DNA from: Candidatus Bathyarchaeota archaeon
Lineage (GTDB): Archaea > Thermoproteota > Bathyarchaeia > 40CM-2-53-6
NCBI GenBank assembly: GCA_963833125.1
Contig: CAWHWX010000001.1
Location: 1 to 64,000, forward strand
Length of the DNA stretch: 64,000 nucleotides
Direction of reading: 5' to 3'
The position numbers and the translations under genes are program-made. Shown here in pieces: positions 52,547 through 62,087 of the stretch (the stretch's first letter is position 1; every line of letters begins with the position of its first letter). The notes under the pieces are model-generated. The model worked only from the letters and a program-made list of their open reading frames with translations. It did not search any database and had not been told where the DNA came from.

Positions 52547-52669
52547 ACTATCTAGTCTGCTTGAAGAATGCGATTCCTCTAGATGACCAGCCAAAGTGAG
52601 GTTGTGAGGTTCGCTCCCTACTACTGGGAATTCATCTGATACCTCTAAGAGAATGCACTCAAACAGCGA

Positions 52670-53653
52670 TCAATAACTCAAGCTAACTTTCGCTGAACCA
52701 GGCTCAGTTTCAGAACTCCATATCAACGCAGACCCGTGTGCCTGAAAACTTTCCAGAAGTTTCGCAATTATCTCTTGTGAGAAGCTCAGGTCGAAATGGA
52801 ACTTCATTGACGGCATGTTCATGTTTTCGAGAATTTTCTTTATGATTGGTTCTAATTGCTCTTTTCCAGGTGCCTGTCCAAACGGCGAACCCGGAAGAAG
52901 TAGCAGTTTGGGTGTGAATTTCCCATCCCCTAGCTCTCCTGGGAAGTAATCTTCCCCACAATTGACTGCGTAGAACAGGTGGTTTCCCGTTATGTAGGAA
53001 ATGACGCTACGCAAAGGCGTTATTATTGACTCGTAAATCTCAATTTGCGGCGACGGGACGAAGCATAGAATATTGAACCATCCGACCTGAGGCGGTACAA
53101 GGCTCTCTCTTGTTTCGATTGTGGTGCAAGACGGCGCTCTCGATCGTCTGTCAAGAGCAGTCAACAGCGATGCAGTTATTTGTTGTTGCGGGTTCTTCAG
53201 CTTCATTCCCGGTATCAGAGATAAACCATGTTTGAATTTGTTGTAGGGTATTGAGTTGCATTCGTAGAAGGTTATCACGACATTAAGAAGCCGTTCAAAT
53301 ACCATCTCGGTTTCTTCGAATGCTTTTATGATGATGTCCTTTTCTGATTGAGTCATCGATAGTTTGTTCAGGTCGGGAAGACCGGCAAGTCTTTGCAAGT
53401 CTATTTGCTGCGCTCTAAATTTCCCTATAAAGGCTAAGTTGGCGGAATCCCTGTAGCTTGCCATTGTTTCCGCAATTTTCGGATACCCCTTGGCAGGATC
53501 TGATATCGCATCCGACAGCGCAAGCAAGCCCTCGATCAGCATCATTATTTTTGCCAGCGCATCCATGTAGAGGAATTGCTTGGTTTCCGATAGAAAGTCC
53601 TCAGTTAGTCCGGTCTGAAATTCTCCTCTTTCGATCTTTCCATGTAACGCCAT
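52670..53653 (-). CDS. Hypothetical protein, possible HEPN-like (YNKFKHG); N-terminus probably extends upstream
   Basis: 327 aa, largely helical, with an NxxKHG motif. Confidence 0.5.
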   Translation of the reverse strand: MALHGKIERGEFQTGLTEDFLSETKQFLYMDALAKIMMLIEGLLALSDAISDPAKGYPKIAETMASYRDSANLAFIGKFRAQQIDLQRLAGLPDLNKLSMTQSEKDIIIKAFEETEMVFERLLNVVITFYECNSIPYNKFKHGLSLIPGMKLKNPQQQITASLLTALDRRSRAPSCTTIETRESLVPPQVGWFNILCFVPSPQIEIYESIITPLRSVISYITGNHLFYAVNCGEDYFPGELGDGKFTPKLLLLPGSPFGQAPGKEQLEPIIKKILENMNMPSMKFHFDLSFSQEIIAKLLESFQAHGSALIWSSETEPGSAKVSLSY

Positions 53654-53885
53654 TTCGAGCCTGATGACGTTTATCAGAGCGATGGAATGCGGTTGAACAA
53701 TGTTAATTCTATCAGAGCCGATTCTGTAAAGTTATTCGCAATGAAATCGAACTGCAGCCGCTTCTTTTCTTCAAGGTGCAAGGTAACCGATCGACCTTGA
53801 CAAACTAAAGTAAGCGTGAATATTGTGTTTTGCCGTATCTAGTTGAGCCTCAAAGAAAGACGAAAAACCGTAAGTTCCCGAGTGT

Positions 53886-55208
53886 TCACTGCGGAACCAG
53901 TCGCCCTGCATTGGATTGGATAGCTTCCAAGTAGGCACCGAGTTCGTAAATGGTGACCACTTGAATGTGGGAAGAATTCTGTGAGAATAGTGGTCTTTCA
54001 GTTACAAAAAGACCAAGAACTTTCCGTTCACCAGCAATAACTCGACCTAGCAATTGCTTTTCCAGCTCAGGAAGAATATCTTCTTTGCCCAATCCATTTT
54101 CTCTCGTAACTTCTGCTCCCATTCCAGAAGTACTCCGTCTTGGGCAGAAATTGACGAAGCTCAGGAACAAAAGCAGAAGTCTTGCACTCGATAACGATGC
54201 ATAAGGGTTCAGTCTCATGTACGCCTACGCAATCGATTTGCCCGGTTGGACATTGGAATTCAGAAATCTCACTTGCAGCAAATCCAGATTTGCTCACTAT
54301 TTGCCGCACGTGAACCTCGAACGACTTCGCATGCTCTGCCCGTACTTTCTCTGTGCGTGGACCAATGGGTGACCAAAAAACTCCTCGGTTACCCTAATTG
54401 GAATCGCTCGGGCCAAAGTAAACAGCCCAACAAATGTTACACCGCTGGAAATAGTCAAGAAAGGATGACGTCCTACGCTGCCCTTGCGCCCGTAAATCTT
54501 GGTGTATTCGAAGATGCCGCTAGGCGCTATCGTCTCCTTGCTAGACCCATAGTCAGCGAACATTGCCTCCACTCTCTTTCTCTCGAGAATCGGATTTCTT
54601 AACAACTCACTGACTAGCATATTCCTGGGTTCGGACAATATTCGATACTTGGGAAAAACCGATAATGCAATCGCCTTCTCCGTGGCGAGAAGGTCGTTTA
54701 CAGAATAACCGTGCTTATTCATGAACTCCTGCTTGTCAGGCGTAACTTGACCGTCGAATGATGGCGATGCCTTCCTCTTTTCATGTTCGAGTTGTGTGAG
54801 AATTTTGGGGCTATTAATCATCTCATCCTCAGGGAAATGGATACTCCCGTCTTCGTCTATTACCAGTTCTCCTTTCACAAGCTCATAAGTGAATGCTTCC
54901 GCAGTTCTTGAATAAGCCATTACTTCACGTGCTACTTCTAACAAGCTATGGGTTTGTTGTGTGGACAAGTCCTCTACGCCTTTTCCACTGTAAACCGTGG
55001 CGACCTCGGTCAAGTAGATCGAGACTACGGTGTTACCATTCGCTGCCGCTAGCGAGCTTTCGATGGACTCGGGAGGCAAACGTGCTGCGAATGTGCTTAG
55101 ACCAAGCGGGCTTGAATAGAAAGCGGAGTAGTCGAAGTATGAGTATATGGTTGAAAGCAGTTTAGCCGTATCCAAAGGAACACATAGACCAATGAGATGT
55201 TGATGCAA
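53886..55208 (-). CDS. Large hypothetical protein with C-terminal PD-(D/E)xK (NERD/REase-like) domain, several indels
   Basis: Three co-oriented overlapping ORFs, with the GQIDCVGV...IVIECKTS motif in the 54067..54309 frame. Confidence 0.6.
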
Positions 55209-55585
55209 TTCACTCGCTATCCTACTGAGAATCGCACCAGCATCCTTCCACGATAGTGCCCCGGATTGCCTGAATGCAAAATGGTCTCCTTTGACCGGCT
55301 TTTGTCAAGCGTCAAGCTATATCACGGATCGACCTAGAGTAGCTCGAACAACACGTGCGAATGAACTAAACACCCCCATTGATCCCCCAACAACAAGCTG
55401 CTTAGCCACACTGGCAACAACCACAGTTAAAACACAACAAGCGCCAGCGCTGGCTTATACAATTACTAAGTCATTGCACTAAACATGCAAGCAAACGTGT
55501 TCCTCTGCTTTGGTTAGTTAGTTCAAATTCGTCACTCGAATAGCAATTACTATGGAGAGGATGCCCGTAACCAAAAAGATAATCC

Positions 55586-55798
55586 CTAGTATCTCAACAT
55601 AACCGAGACCTGAAAGTTTTCCGATTGTTGCGATAACTTTGCAAGCATAAAGCCTGCTTGCGTCGTTAGAGAATACGCTTGACCTATTGTAGCACCAGCA
55701 AGCACACCAAAGAGCGTAAGCACCAGATCACGTTGTCGTTGAGTTAGAGTTCTCTGTATTCTTGGACTTTTCCTGCGTTTTGAATTATGGTACGGCAT
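55586..55798 (-). CDS. Small membrane hypothetical protein (probably longer, frameshifted)
   Basis: Basic N-terminus followed by TM LVLTLFGVLAGATIG. Confidence 0.35.
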   Translation of the reverse strand: MPYHNSKRRKSPRIQRTLTQRQRDLVLTLFGVLAGATIGQAYSLTTQAGFMLAKLSQQSENFQVSVMLRY

Positions 55799-56054
55799 TT
55801 ATCTTCTCCTAAAACATGAATGCTTGCAATATCAGCGGCTTTCTTGCCTTCTAAGGCTTAATGTGGACCCATGTAGTCATGGTAAAATGGTAAGCCAGTA
55901 ATCCACGAAGCAACAGTTACGTCTTAGTCGGAGTGCGGTGGGAGTCACATGGAATTATCTTTGGGAGGGAGGTCTTTGACAAGTTAGGTAAGGTCAGCGT
56001 CTCTTCTGGTGGTTCTCGAGACTATTATGCTTGAATAGTCACGGCTGAGTTTAG

Positions 56055-56285
56055 TTACGTGACGTTGGGGCTTGCTAGGTTCTTTCTAGAGTTGGGGTTT
56101 AGAGACCATCCAACCACATTGCCCTCTGTATCCAACTTGACTTCAAAAGGACCCAGATTTTGGTCGCTACCGACATCCCCTCGAACCACGAAGAATGTTC
56201 CATCAAAAGCTACGCTCGTAGCATGGAGACCAAGAGCCGCATAGTTAGGGAATGTGGTCTTGAAGTATTTTGAGGCTATTTGCAA
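56055..56285 (-). CDS. Small hypothetical protein
   Basis: 76 aa ORF with a helix-then-beta pattern (IASKYFK...FFVVRG...FEVKLD..GNVVGW). Confidence 0.45.
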   Translation of the reverse strand: MQIASKYFKTTFPNYAALGLHATSVAFDGTFFVVRGDVGSDQNLGPFEVKLDTEGNVVGWSLNPNSRKNLASPNVT

Positions 56286-56558
56286 TGCTTCGTCGGTTGT
56301 TTTTTCACTGGCACGTTAAGGTACGCATAGTATGCAAGTCTAGCCTATAGTATCATTGTTTGTGCCCTTTGGTTGAACAAGAGTGTTTTGCCCCGCTCTC
56401 AGCCGCGTTCACTTATTAAGCGTAAAATCGGTTGAAGAATTCCAGAGTCTTGCTGTCTGTTTCTGCAAGAACTCGTCAAGGGTTAAGAGTTACACGTATA
56501 GAATCGTTCCACCTTCGACGACTACGAAAATTCGTAATGATCCAGAGGTAAACAGCTC

Positions 56559-57035
56559 TTGCGGGTTGAAAAGACAGTGAATTTCAAACTCAACAGGGAG
56601 CCTGTTACTGTCAAGTGTCCCCCAGCTTACACTTTGCTTGAAGTCCTCCGCGAGGAACTCCACGTTACGGGTCCAAAGGAAGACTGCGCCAAGGGAGAGT
56701 GTGGAGCATGCACCGTAATCAAGGACGGTGTACCCGTGTGTTCATGCCTCGTGCTCGTTTCACAAGCCGAAGGATCTGAAATCATAACATCCGAGGGACT
56801 CGTTAAGGACGAAAGATTGAACTCGGTTCAAGAGGCTTTCCTGAATGAAGGAGCAGTGCAATGCGGCCACTGCATCCCAGGCATGATCGTCTCCGCCTCC
56901 GCCCTCTTGATGCACAACCCGCACCCAACAATAGATGAGATTCGCACTGCCCTCTCGGGTAACCTCTGCCGGTGCACGGGTTACTCAAAGATCATCACAG
57001 CTGTTCAGGAGGCCGCGAAGCTGCGGAGGCGTTAG
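56559..57035 (+). CDS. Xanthine dehydrogenase/CoxS-family 2x[2Fe-2S] small subunit (complex 1)
   Basis: CAKGECGAC...CSC and QCGHC...NLCRCTGY. Confidence 0.95.
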   Translation: MRVEKTVNFKLNREPVTVKCPPAYTLLEVLREELHVTGPKEDCAKGECGACTVIKDGVPVCSCLVLVSQAEGSEIITSEGLVKDERLNSVQEAFLNEGAVQCGHCIPGMIVSASALLMHNPHPTIDEIRTALSGNLCRCTGYSKIITAVQEAAKLRRR

Positions 57036-57043
57036 AATCGTTG

Positions 57044-57923
57044 ATGCGATCTGAAGTTGACGTACTAACGCCCAGAAACCTCGACGAAGCACTGAATATT
57101 CTCCATGAAAACCGGAGTGGGCTTAAGATTATCGCGGGAGGTTCTGATGTTATTGTTCAACTTAGGGACGGCGTCATCAAAGCGAATGAACTCCTCAACA
57201 TATTATCAATCAAGGAACTGAGATTTGTAAGAAAAGACAAGGATCGAATCCACATCGGAGCACTCGCAACCTATAGCGACATCGTTCACTCTCAAGCAAC
57301 CCGGGACCATGCTTGGCCCCTAGTGGAAGCGGCAAGACAGATTGGAGCAATTCAACTTCAAAATACAGCAACTATAGGTGGCAACCTAGGGAATGCTTCA
57401 CCGGCAGGTGACAGCCTACCCCCACTCTACGCCCTCGACGCAGTTGTAGTCACACGAAGCAAGATAGAAAGACGTGAAATTCCAATCGAAAAATTCTTCC
57501 TAGCCTACAGAAAGACCACGCTCAAGCCTGATGAATTAATCGAGCAAGTATACTTCGACGCTCTAGGTGAACAGGACCGAGGAGCGTATGTGAAGCTTGG
57601 ACTCCGCGAAGCGAACGCAATCTCAATCGTGGATGTGGCAACCGTATTGAGGCATAGGGGCAAGAATGAAACGTTTGCTGAAGCGAGGGTTGCTTTGGGA
57701 GCAGTCGCGCCTAACATTCTACGGGCCAGAGAATGTGAACGCGCCTTGACGAACAAACCCTTGAACCAAGAGATCTTGAAGAGTGCCGGATCTCTCGCGG
57801 CCGACGATGCTAAACCGATAGATGACATCCGGGGGTTCAGCTCAGTACAGAAAAGAGGTTGTAGCTTCCCTCGTGTTCGAGGCGTTAAACCAGGCGCTCT
57901 ACAGGAAGAAGTGGGATGAGTAG
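57044..57923 (+). CDS. XDH/CoxM-family FAD-binding medium subunit (complex 1), indel near 57835
   Basis: AGGSD, ATIGGNLGNASPAGD, GAVAP and PIDDIRG, with S..YRK in the shifted frame. Confidence 0.93.
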
Positions 57924-58155
57924 GCGGTTGCTGGTCAAGGTCAAGGTTTTCGGTGCCCCATCTCTCGCACTCGAAAGAAAGGAACTTATTCTCGAATTGA
58001 AAGACAACGCAACAACCGAAGACCTACTTCAATCACTACCCGTCAAAGACAAGGATTACCTGTACGTTGTTCGCGAAGGTATCCGGCTAGATTCCAAATC
58101 CAAGATCAAGGACGGCGACGAAATCCTAGTCGTCCCACCGATCGCAGGGGGTTGA
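57916..58155 (+). CDS. MoaD/ThiS family ubiquitin-like protein inside the XDH operon
   Basis: 79 aa ending IKDGDEILVVPPIAGG. Confidence 0.9.
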   Translation: MSRRLLVKVKVFGAPSLALERKELILELKDNATTEDLLQSLPVKDKDYLYVVREGIRLDSKSKIKDGDEILVVPPIAGG

Positions 58156-58160
58156 AACAA

Positions 58161-60471
58161 ATGACCATCAAACGAGAAGGGACGCAGTGGGTAGGGAAAT
58201 CAATCGTACGTAAAGATGGTCGGGGCAAGGTCACGGGAGAGACGAAATTCTTCTCCGATATGGCCCTGCCTAACATGCTCTACGCAAAAGTCGCGCGTAG
58301 CAAATACCCGCACGCGCTGATCAAGAAAATCAGCACAGAGAAAGCCAAGGCTATTCCTGGCGTTGTAGCCGTCTTAACGTACAAGGACATTCCAGCGGTC
58401 AATGGGTTCGGTATCTTGATCCCCGACCAACCCGTTCTCTGCTTCGATAAGGTCAGGTATCTTGGAGACGCAGTCGCCGTAGTCGCGGCTGAAAGCCTAG
58501 AAGCTGCAGAAAGAGGGGTGCAGGCAGTTGAAGTTGAGTACGAACCGCTTCCAGTCGTATCTGATCCACTCGAAGCGATGAAACCCGACGCTCCTAAAGT
58601 TCACGAGAAAGGGAACATCCTCCGACACGCAACGGTTCGAGTGGGAGACGTAGACAAGGCATTCCGCGATGCGGCGGTAGTTGTGGAGAACACCTACCGG
58701 ACTGGGCGACAAATGCACATGTACCTCGAGACCGAGGCAGGGATCGCGATGTTAGACGAGCATGAACGGCTCGTTCTCTACACCGGGGGCCAGTCCCCGT
58801 ACCGAGATCAAATGCAGATCTCCAGATCTTTAGGAATCAAACCTGAGGAAATTAGAGTCATCTCGACTCCGGTAGGGGGCGCATTCGGCGGGAAGGAAGA
58901 AAATACCGTCCAAATTCACCTTGCTCTGCTGGCTATGAGAACAAAGCGTCCCGTCAGGATGGTCTGGACGCGCGAGGAATCGGGTGTGGCGGGGATGAAA
59001 AGGCACCCGATGATTGTAACAACGAAGACGGCGGCCGACCGGGACGGAAGAATCTTGGCGAATCAGGTTCGAATAGTGGCCGATACAGGTGCCTACGCAT
59101 CCCTCGGCCCCACAGTACTTGACGTCGCCGTCGAAAATTCCTGCGGGCCATATCGCATTCCGAACATCGATATCGATGCCTACTCAATCTATACGAATAA
59201 CGGAGTTGCCGGCGCCTTCCGTGGCTTCGGCGCGCCCCAAGTAAATTTTGCAATCGAATCGAACATAGATATCATCGCGGAGAAGTTAGGGATCGATAGA
59301 CTGGAAATTCGCAAAAAGAATGTGCTTCGTGAAGGTGACATCGGACCTTTCGGCTACAAAATGCTCGGCAGCGTTGGAATCTATGAAACGCTCCAGAACG
59401 CCGAGCGCACAGATCTTTGGAAAAATAGAATGAAACACAAATCCAAAGCGTCAGCTCCATGGTGTAAGAGAGGAATCGCTGTAACAACAGCTATCAAAGG
59501 CTTTGGCTTCGGCGCCCTTCCCGACTTCGCTGCCGCCTCAATTCAAATCACACCGACTGGCAAATTCGTAGTGGGCGTTAGTTGCCCCGAGATTGGCCAA
59601 GGTGCGGTCACAGCCTATTCCCAGATTGCTGCAGAGGCTTTGCATTGCAACATCGCAGACATATACCTCGCCTCCGCCGACTCACAACTCTCACCCGATA
59701 CTGGGACTTCATCCGCGTCGATGGCCCTGGTCAGGGGCGGAAATGCAATCTTGGCTGCCGCGCCTAAGATGAATGAATTACTCCTCGACGTAGCCAGCCA
59801 GATAACTGAGCAGCCCAAAAGTGATCTTGAATTCGGCGAATCAAGAATCATCAGTAGAGAGAAGACTGAGAAATCCGTCACATATGTTGAGATCGCGCAA
59901 TCTCTCAACAACAGAGGCTCGGAAACAAAGATTGTCGCTGGGTTCGAAGTTCCGCGTGTCGACAAACCGGTCGAGGGCAGCATAGAAATTCCCCATTGGT
60001 CATACATGTACGCCACCGCCATTGCCCTTGTAGAAGTTGACACCTTAACCGGCGCCACGAAAGTTCTGCGATTCTACCTCTCACCAGATTCTGGTACCGT
60101 AATCAACCCACAATCGTACACGGGCCAGTGCGAGGGCGCAATAGTGCAAGGATTAGGGTTCGCGTTTAACTGAAGAAACACAGATCGATAATGGAGTAGT
60201 CAAGACAAATAATTTCACAACATACATCATACCCACCATCCGCGACGTCCCGGAGATGCAGATCGAGCCAGTAGAGACGTACGAAAAGATCGGTCCCTTC
60301 GGCGCCAAGGGTTTGGGAGAGATCGGCATAATACCCGTCGGATCAGCCGTCGCAAACGCAATCTACGACGCCACAGGAACGCGGCTCTTCACCCTACCCG
60401 CAACTCCAGAACGGGTTTTCCAAGCCCTCAGACGGAATGAGAATCGAGATGGCGGCAAGAGTCAGGGTTAG
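58161..60471 (+). CDS. XDH/CoxL-family molybdopterin-binding large subunit (complex 1), indel near 60168
   Basis: KVTG, GGAFGGK, KRHP, GAFRGFGAPQ, EIGQG, GAIVQGLG and GAKGLGE...ANAIYDATG. Confidence 0.94.
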
Positions 60472-60724
60472 GCTATTTCATGAACTGAGGGCCGCCCTGG
60501 GCCAAAGCGAGATAGAACTTGAAGCCAATACCCTCAACGACGTCGTGAAATCGTTGATTTCGGCGAATGGTTCCGTGAAAGAGCTGTTTTTCGACGCACA
60601 AGGGAAGCTGCGCAGCTACACCATGTTCTACATTAACAATACTCCTCAAAATCCTCCGGAATTAACAAGGAAACTAAATGACGGGGACCTAATCCTATTA
60701 GTTCCAACAGCAGCGGGTGGATGA
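60449..60724 (+). CDS. Second MoaD/ThiS family ubiquitin-like protein inside the XDH operon
   Basis: VRLFHELRAALG...FYINN...LNDGDLILLVPTAAGG. Confidence 0.9.
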   Translation: MAARVRVRLFHELRAALGQSEIELEANTLNDVVKSLISANGSVKELFFDAQGKLRSYTMFYINNTPQNPPELTRKLNDGDLILLVPTAAGG

Positions 60725-60730
60725 GAATAG

Positions 60731-61615
60731 TTGCGCAGGTTTGACATGTTCGTACCGGAAAACCTAGACGATCTGATGCAGTATCTCGACTCACATCAAG
60801 CTGGAGTCCATATAATCGCGAACGGCACCGACCTGATCAATAGGATTCAGCGAAAACAGGTTAGTCCGAAAATGCTAGTGGACCTCACGGGATTAACTGA
60901 GTTCAGTTATGTGAAGTGGGAGGGCGGTATGATTAAGATCGGAGGCTTAACGACCATATCGGAACTTATTGCCTCCCCCTTCCTAGACTCGCGATATAAT
61001 GTCTTCCGAGAGGTTGCAACGAAGTTTGGCGGACCGTCGATAATTAACATGGCAACCGTCGCGGGAAACATTTGCTCCGCTTCATCATCAGAGGACCTGC
61101 TGCCAGTGCTACTGGTTCTTGACGCAGAAGTTAAGGTTCGCAGTATCCACGGAGAGCGAACGCTGCGGGTGGAAGATTTCGTCAAAGGAAAACGAATGAC
61201 CGACCTAAAGCCAAACGAGATCCTCGTAGAGACAAGCTTCAAGGAATTAGAACCACGTTCCGCCTGCAGCTTTGAAAAGGTTGGAATGAGAAATTCACTC
61301 ATCATAGCATTCGTAAATTGCGCAGTCTACCTGAAGCTTGCTGAGAACAAGGAGTGCGAGGAGGTTCGGATCGCATTCAACCGAGTTAACGGAAAGATTC
61401 CGCAGCGGGCACGACAGACTGAAAGAATAATGAAAGGAAAGAAACTGAGTGAACAAACCTTATCCGACGCCGTCGAAATATTGAGAAAAGAATTCAAGCT
61501 GACCTCAGACTTTAGAGTCTCGGAAGAATACCGCGTAGAGGTCGCATGTTCCATCTTCAAGCGTACGGTAGGCAGATGCGCGGATAGACTCGTTGGAGAG
61601 AAAATACTTGTCTAA
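60731..61615 (+). CDS. XDH/CoxM-family FAD-binding subunit (complex 2)
   Basis: ANGTDL, ATVAGNICSASSSED, FEKVGMRN and SDFRVSEEYR. The FAD motifs are somewhat divergent. Confidence 0.9.
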   Translation: MRRFDMFVPENLDDLMQYLDSHQAGVHIIANGTDLINRIQRKQVSPKMLVDLTGLTEFSYVKWEGGMIKIGGLTTISELIASPFLDSRYNVFREVATKFGGPSIINMATVAGNICSASSSEDLLPVLLVLDAEVKVRSIHGERTLRVEDFVKGKRMTDLKPNEILVETSFKELEPRSACSFEKVGMRNSLIIAFVNCAVYLKLAENKECEEVRIAFNRVNGKIPQRARQTERIMKGKKLSEQTLSDAVEILRKEFKLTSDFRVSEEYRVEVACSIFKRTVGRCADRLVGEKILV

Positions 61616-62087
61616 ACATTTACTGAAATTCTCGGTTAACGGCAAAGACCACGCTGTCGTCGTCCAATCACATGAACGACTATTGGACGTGTTGCGGGAC
61701 AAGTTAGGGTTGAAGGGAACGAAGGAAGGCTGCAGCACAGGCGACTGTGGTATATGTGGCGTATTGATGGATGGGAAACTGGTGAACTCATGCCTGGTTT
61801 TTGCAATTCAAGCCAGAAACAAGAAAATCGTGACTATCGAAGGGGTAGGTTCCGCAGAAAACCCGCATCCAATACAACGGGCGTTCATGAAGTGGAATGC
61901 CTCCCAGTGTGGTTACTGTATCCCAGCCATGATCTTGGCAAGTAAGGATCTGCTCGAAAAGAATCCCGATCCCACTACTGAAGAGATCAAGAACGCGACT
62001 CGCGGCATCATTTGCCGATGCACAGGGTATCTGAAAATCTTCGAGGCCGTGAAAACGGCTGCCGCTGAAATGAGGGAGGCCGAGTAG
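61608..62087 (+). CDS. XDH/CoxS-family [2Fe-2S] subunit (complex 2)
   Basis: GCSTGDCGIC...NSC and SQCGYC...ICRCTGY. Confidence 0.94.
   Translation: MSKHLLKFSVNGKDHAVVVQSHERLLDVLRDKLGLKGTKEGCSTGDCGICGVLMDGKLVNSCLVFAIQARNKKIVTIEGVGSAENPHPIQRAFMKWNASQCGYCIPAMILASKDLLEKNPDPTTEEIKNATRGIICRCTGYLKIFEAVKTAAAEMREAE

Noticed and set aside
47050-56500. Provirus or integrative element
   Set aside because: No integrase, transposase, capsid, replication gene, tRNA target or att-like repeat was recognised.
60165-60180. TGA ending the first XDH large-subunit ORF as a possible selenocysteine codon
   Set aside because: Homology continues in a different frame (ALTEE...). An extra T in GCGTTTAAC explains it, so this is an indel rather than readthrough.
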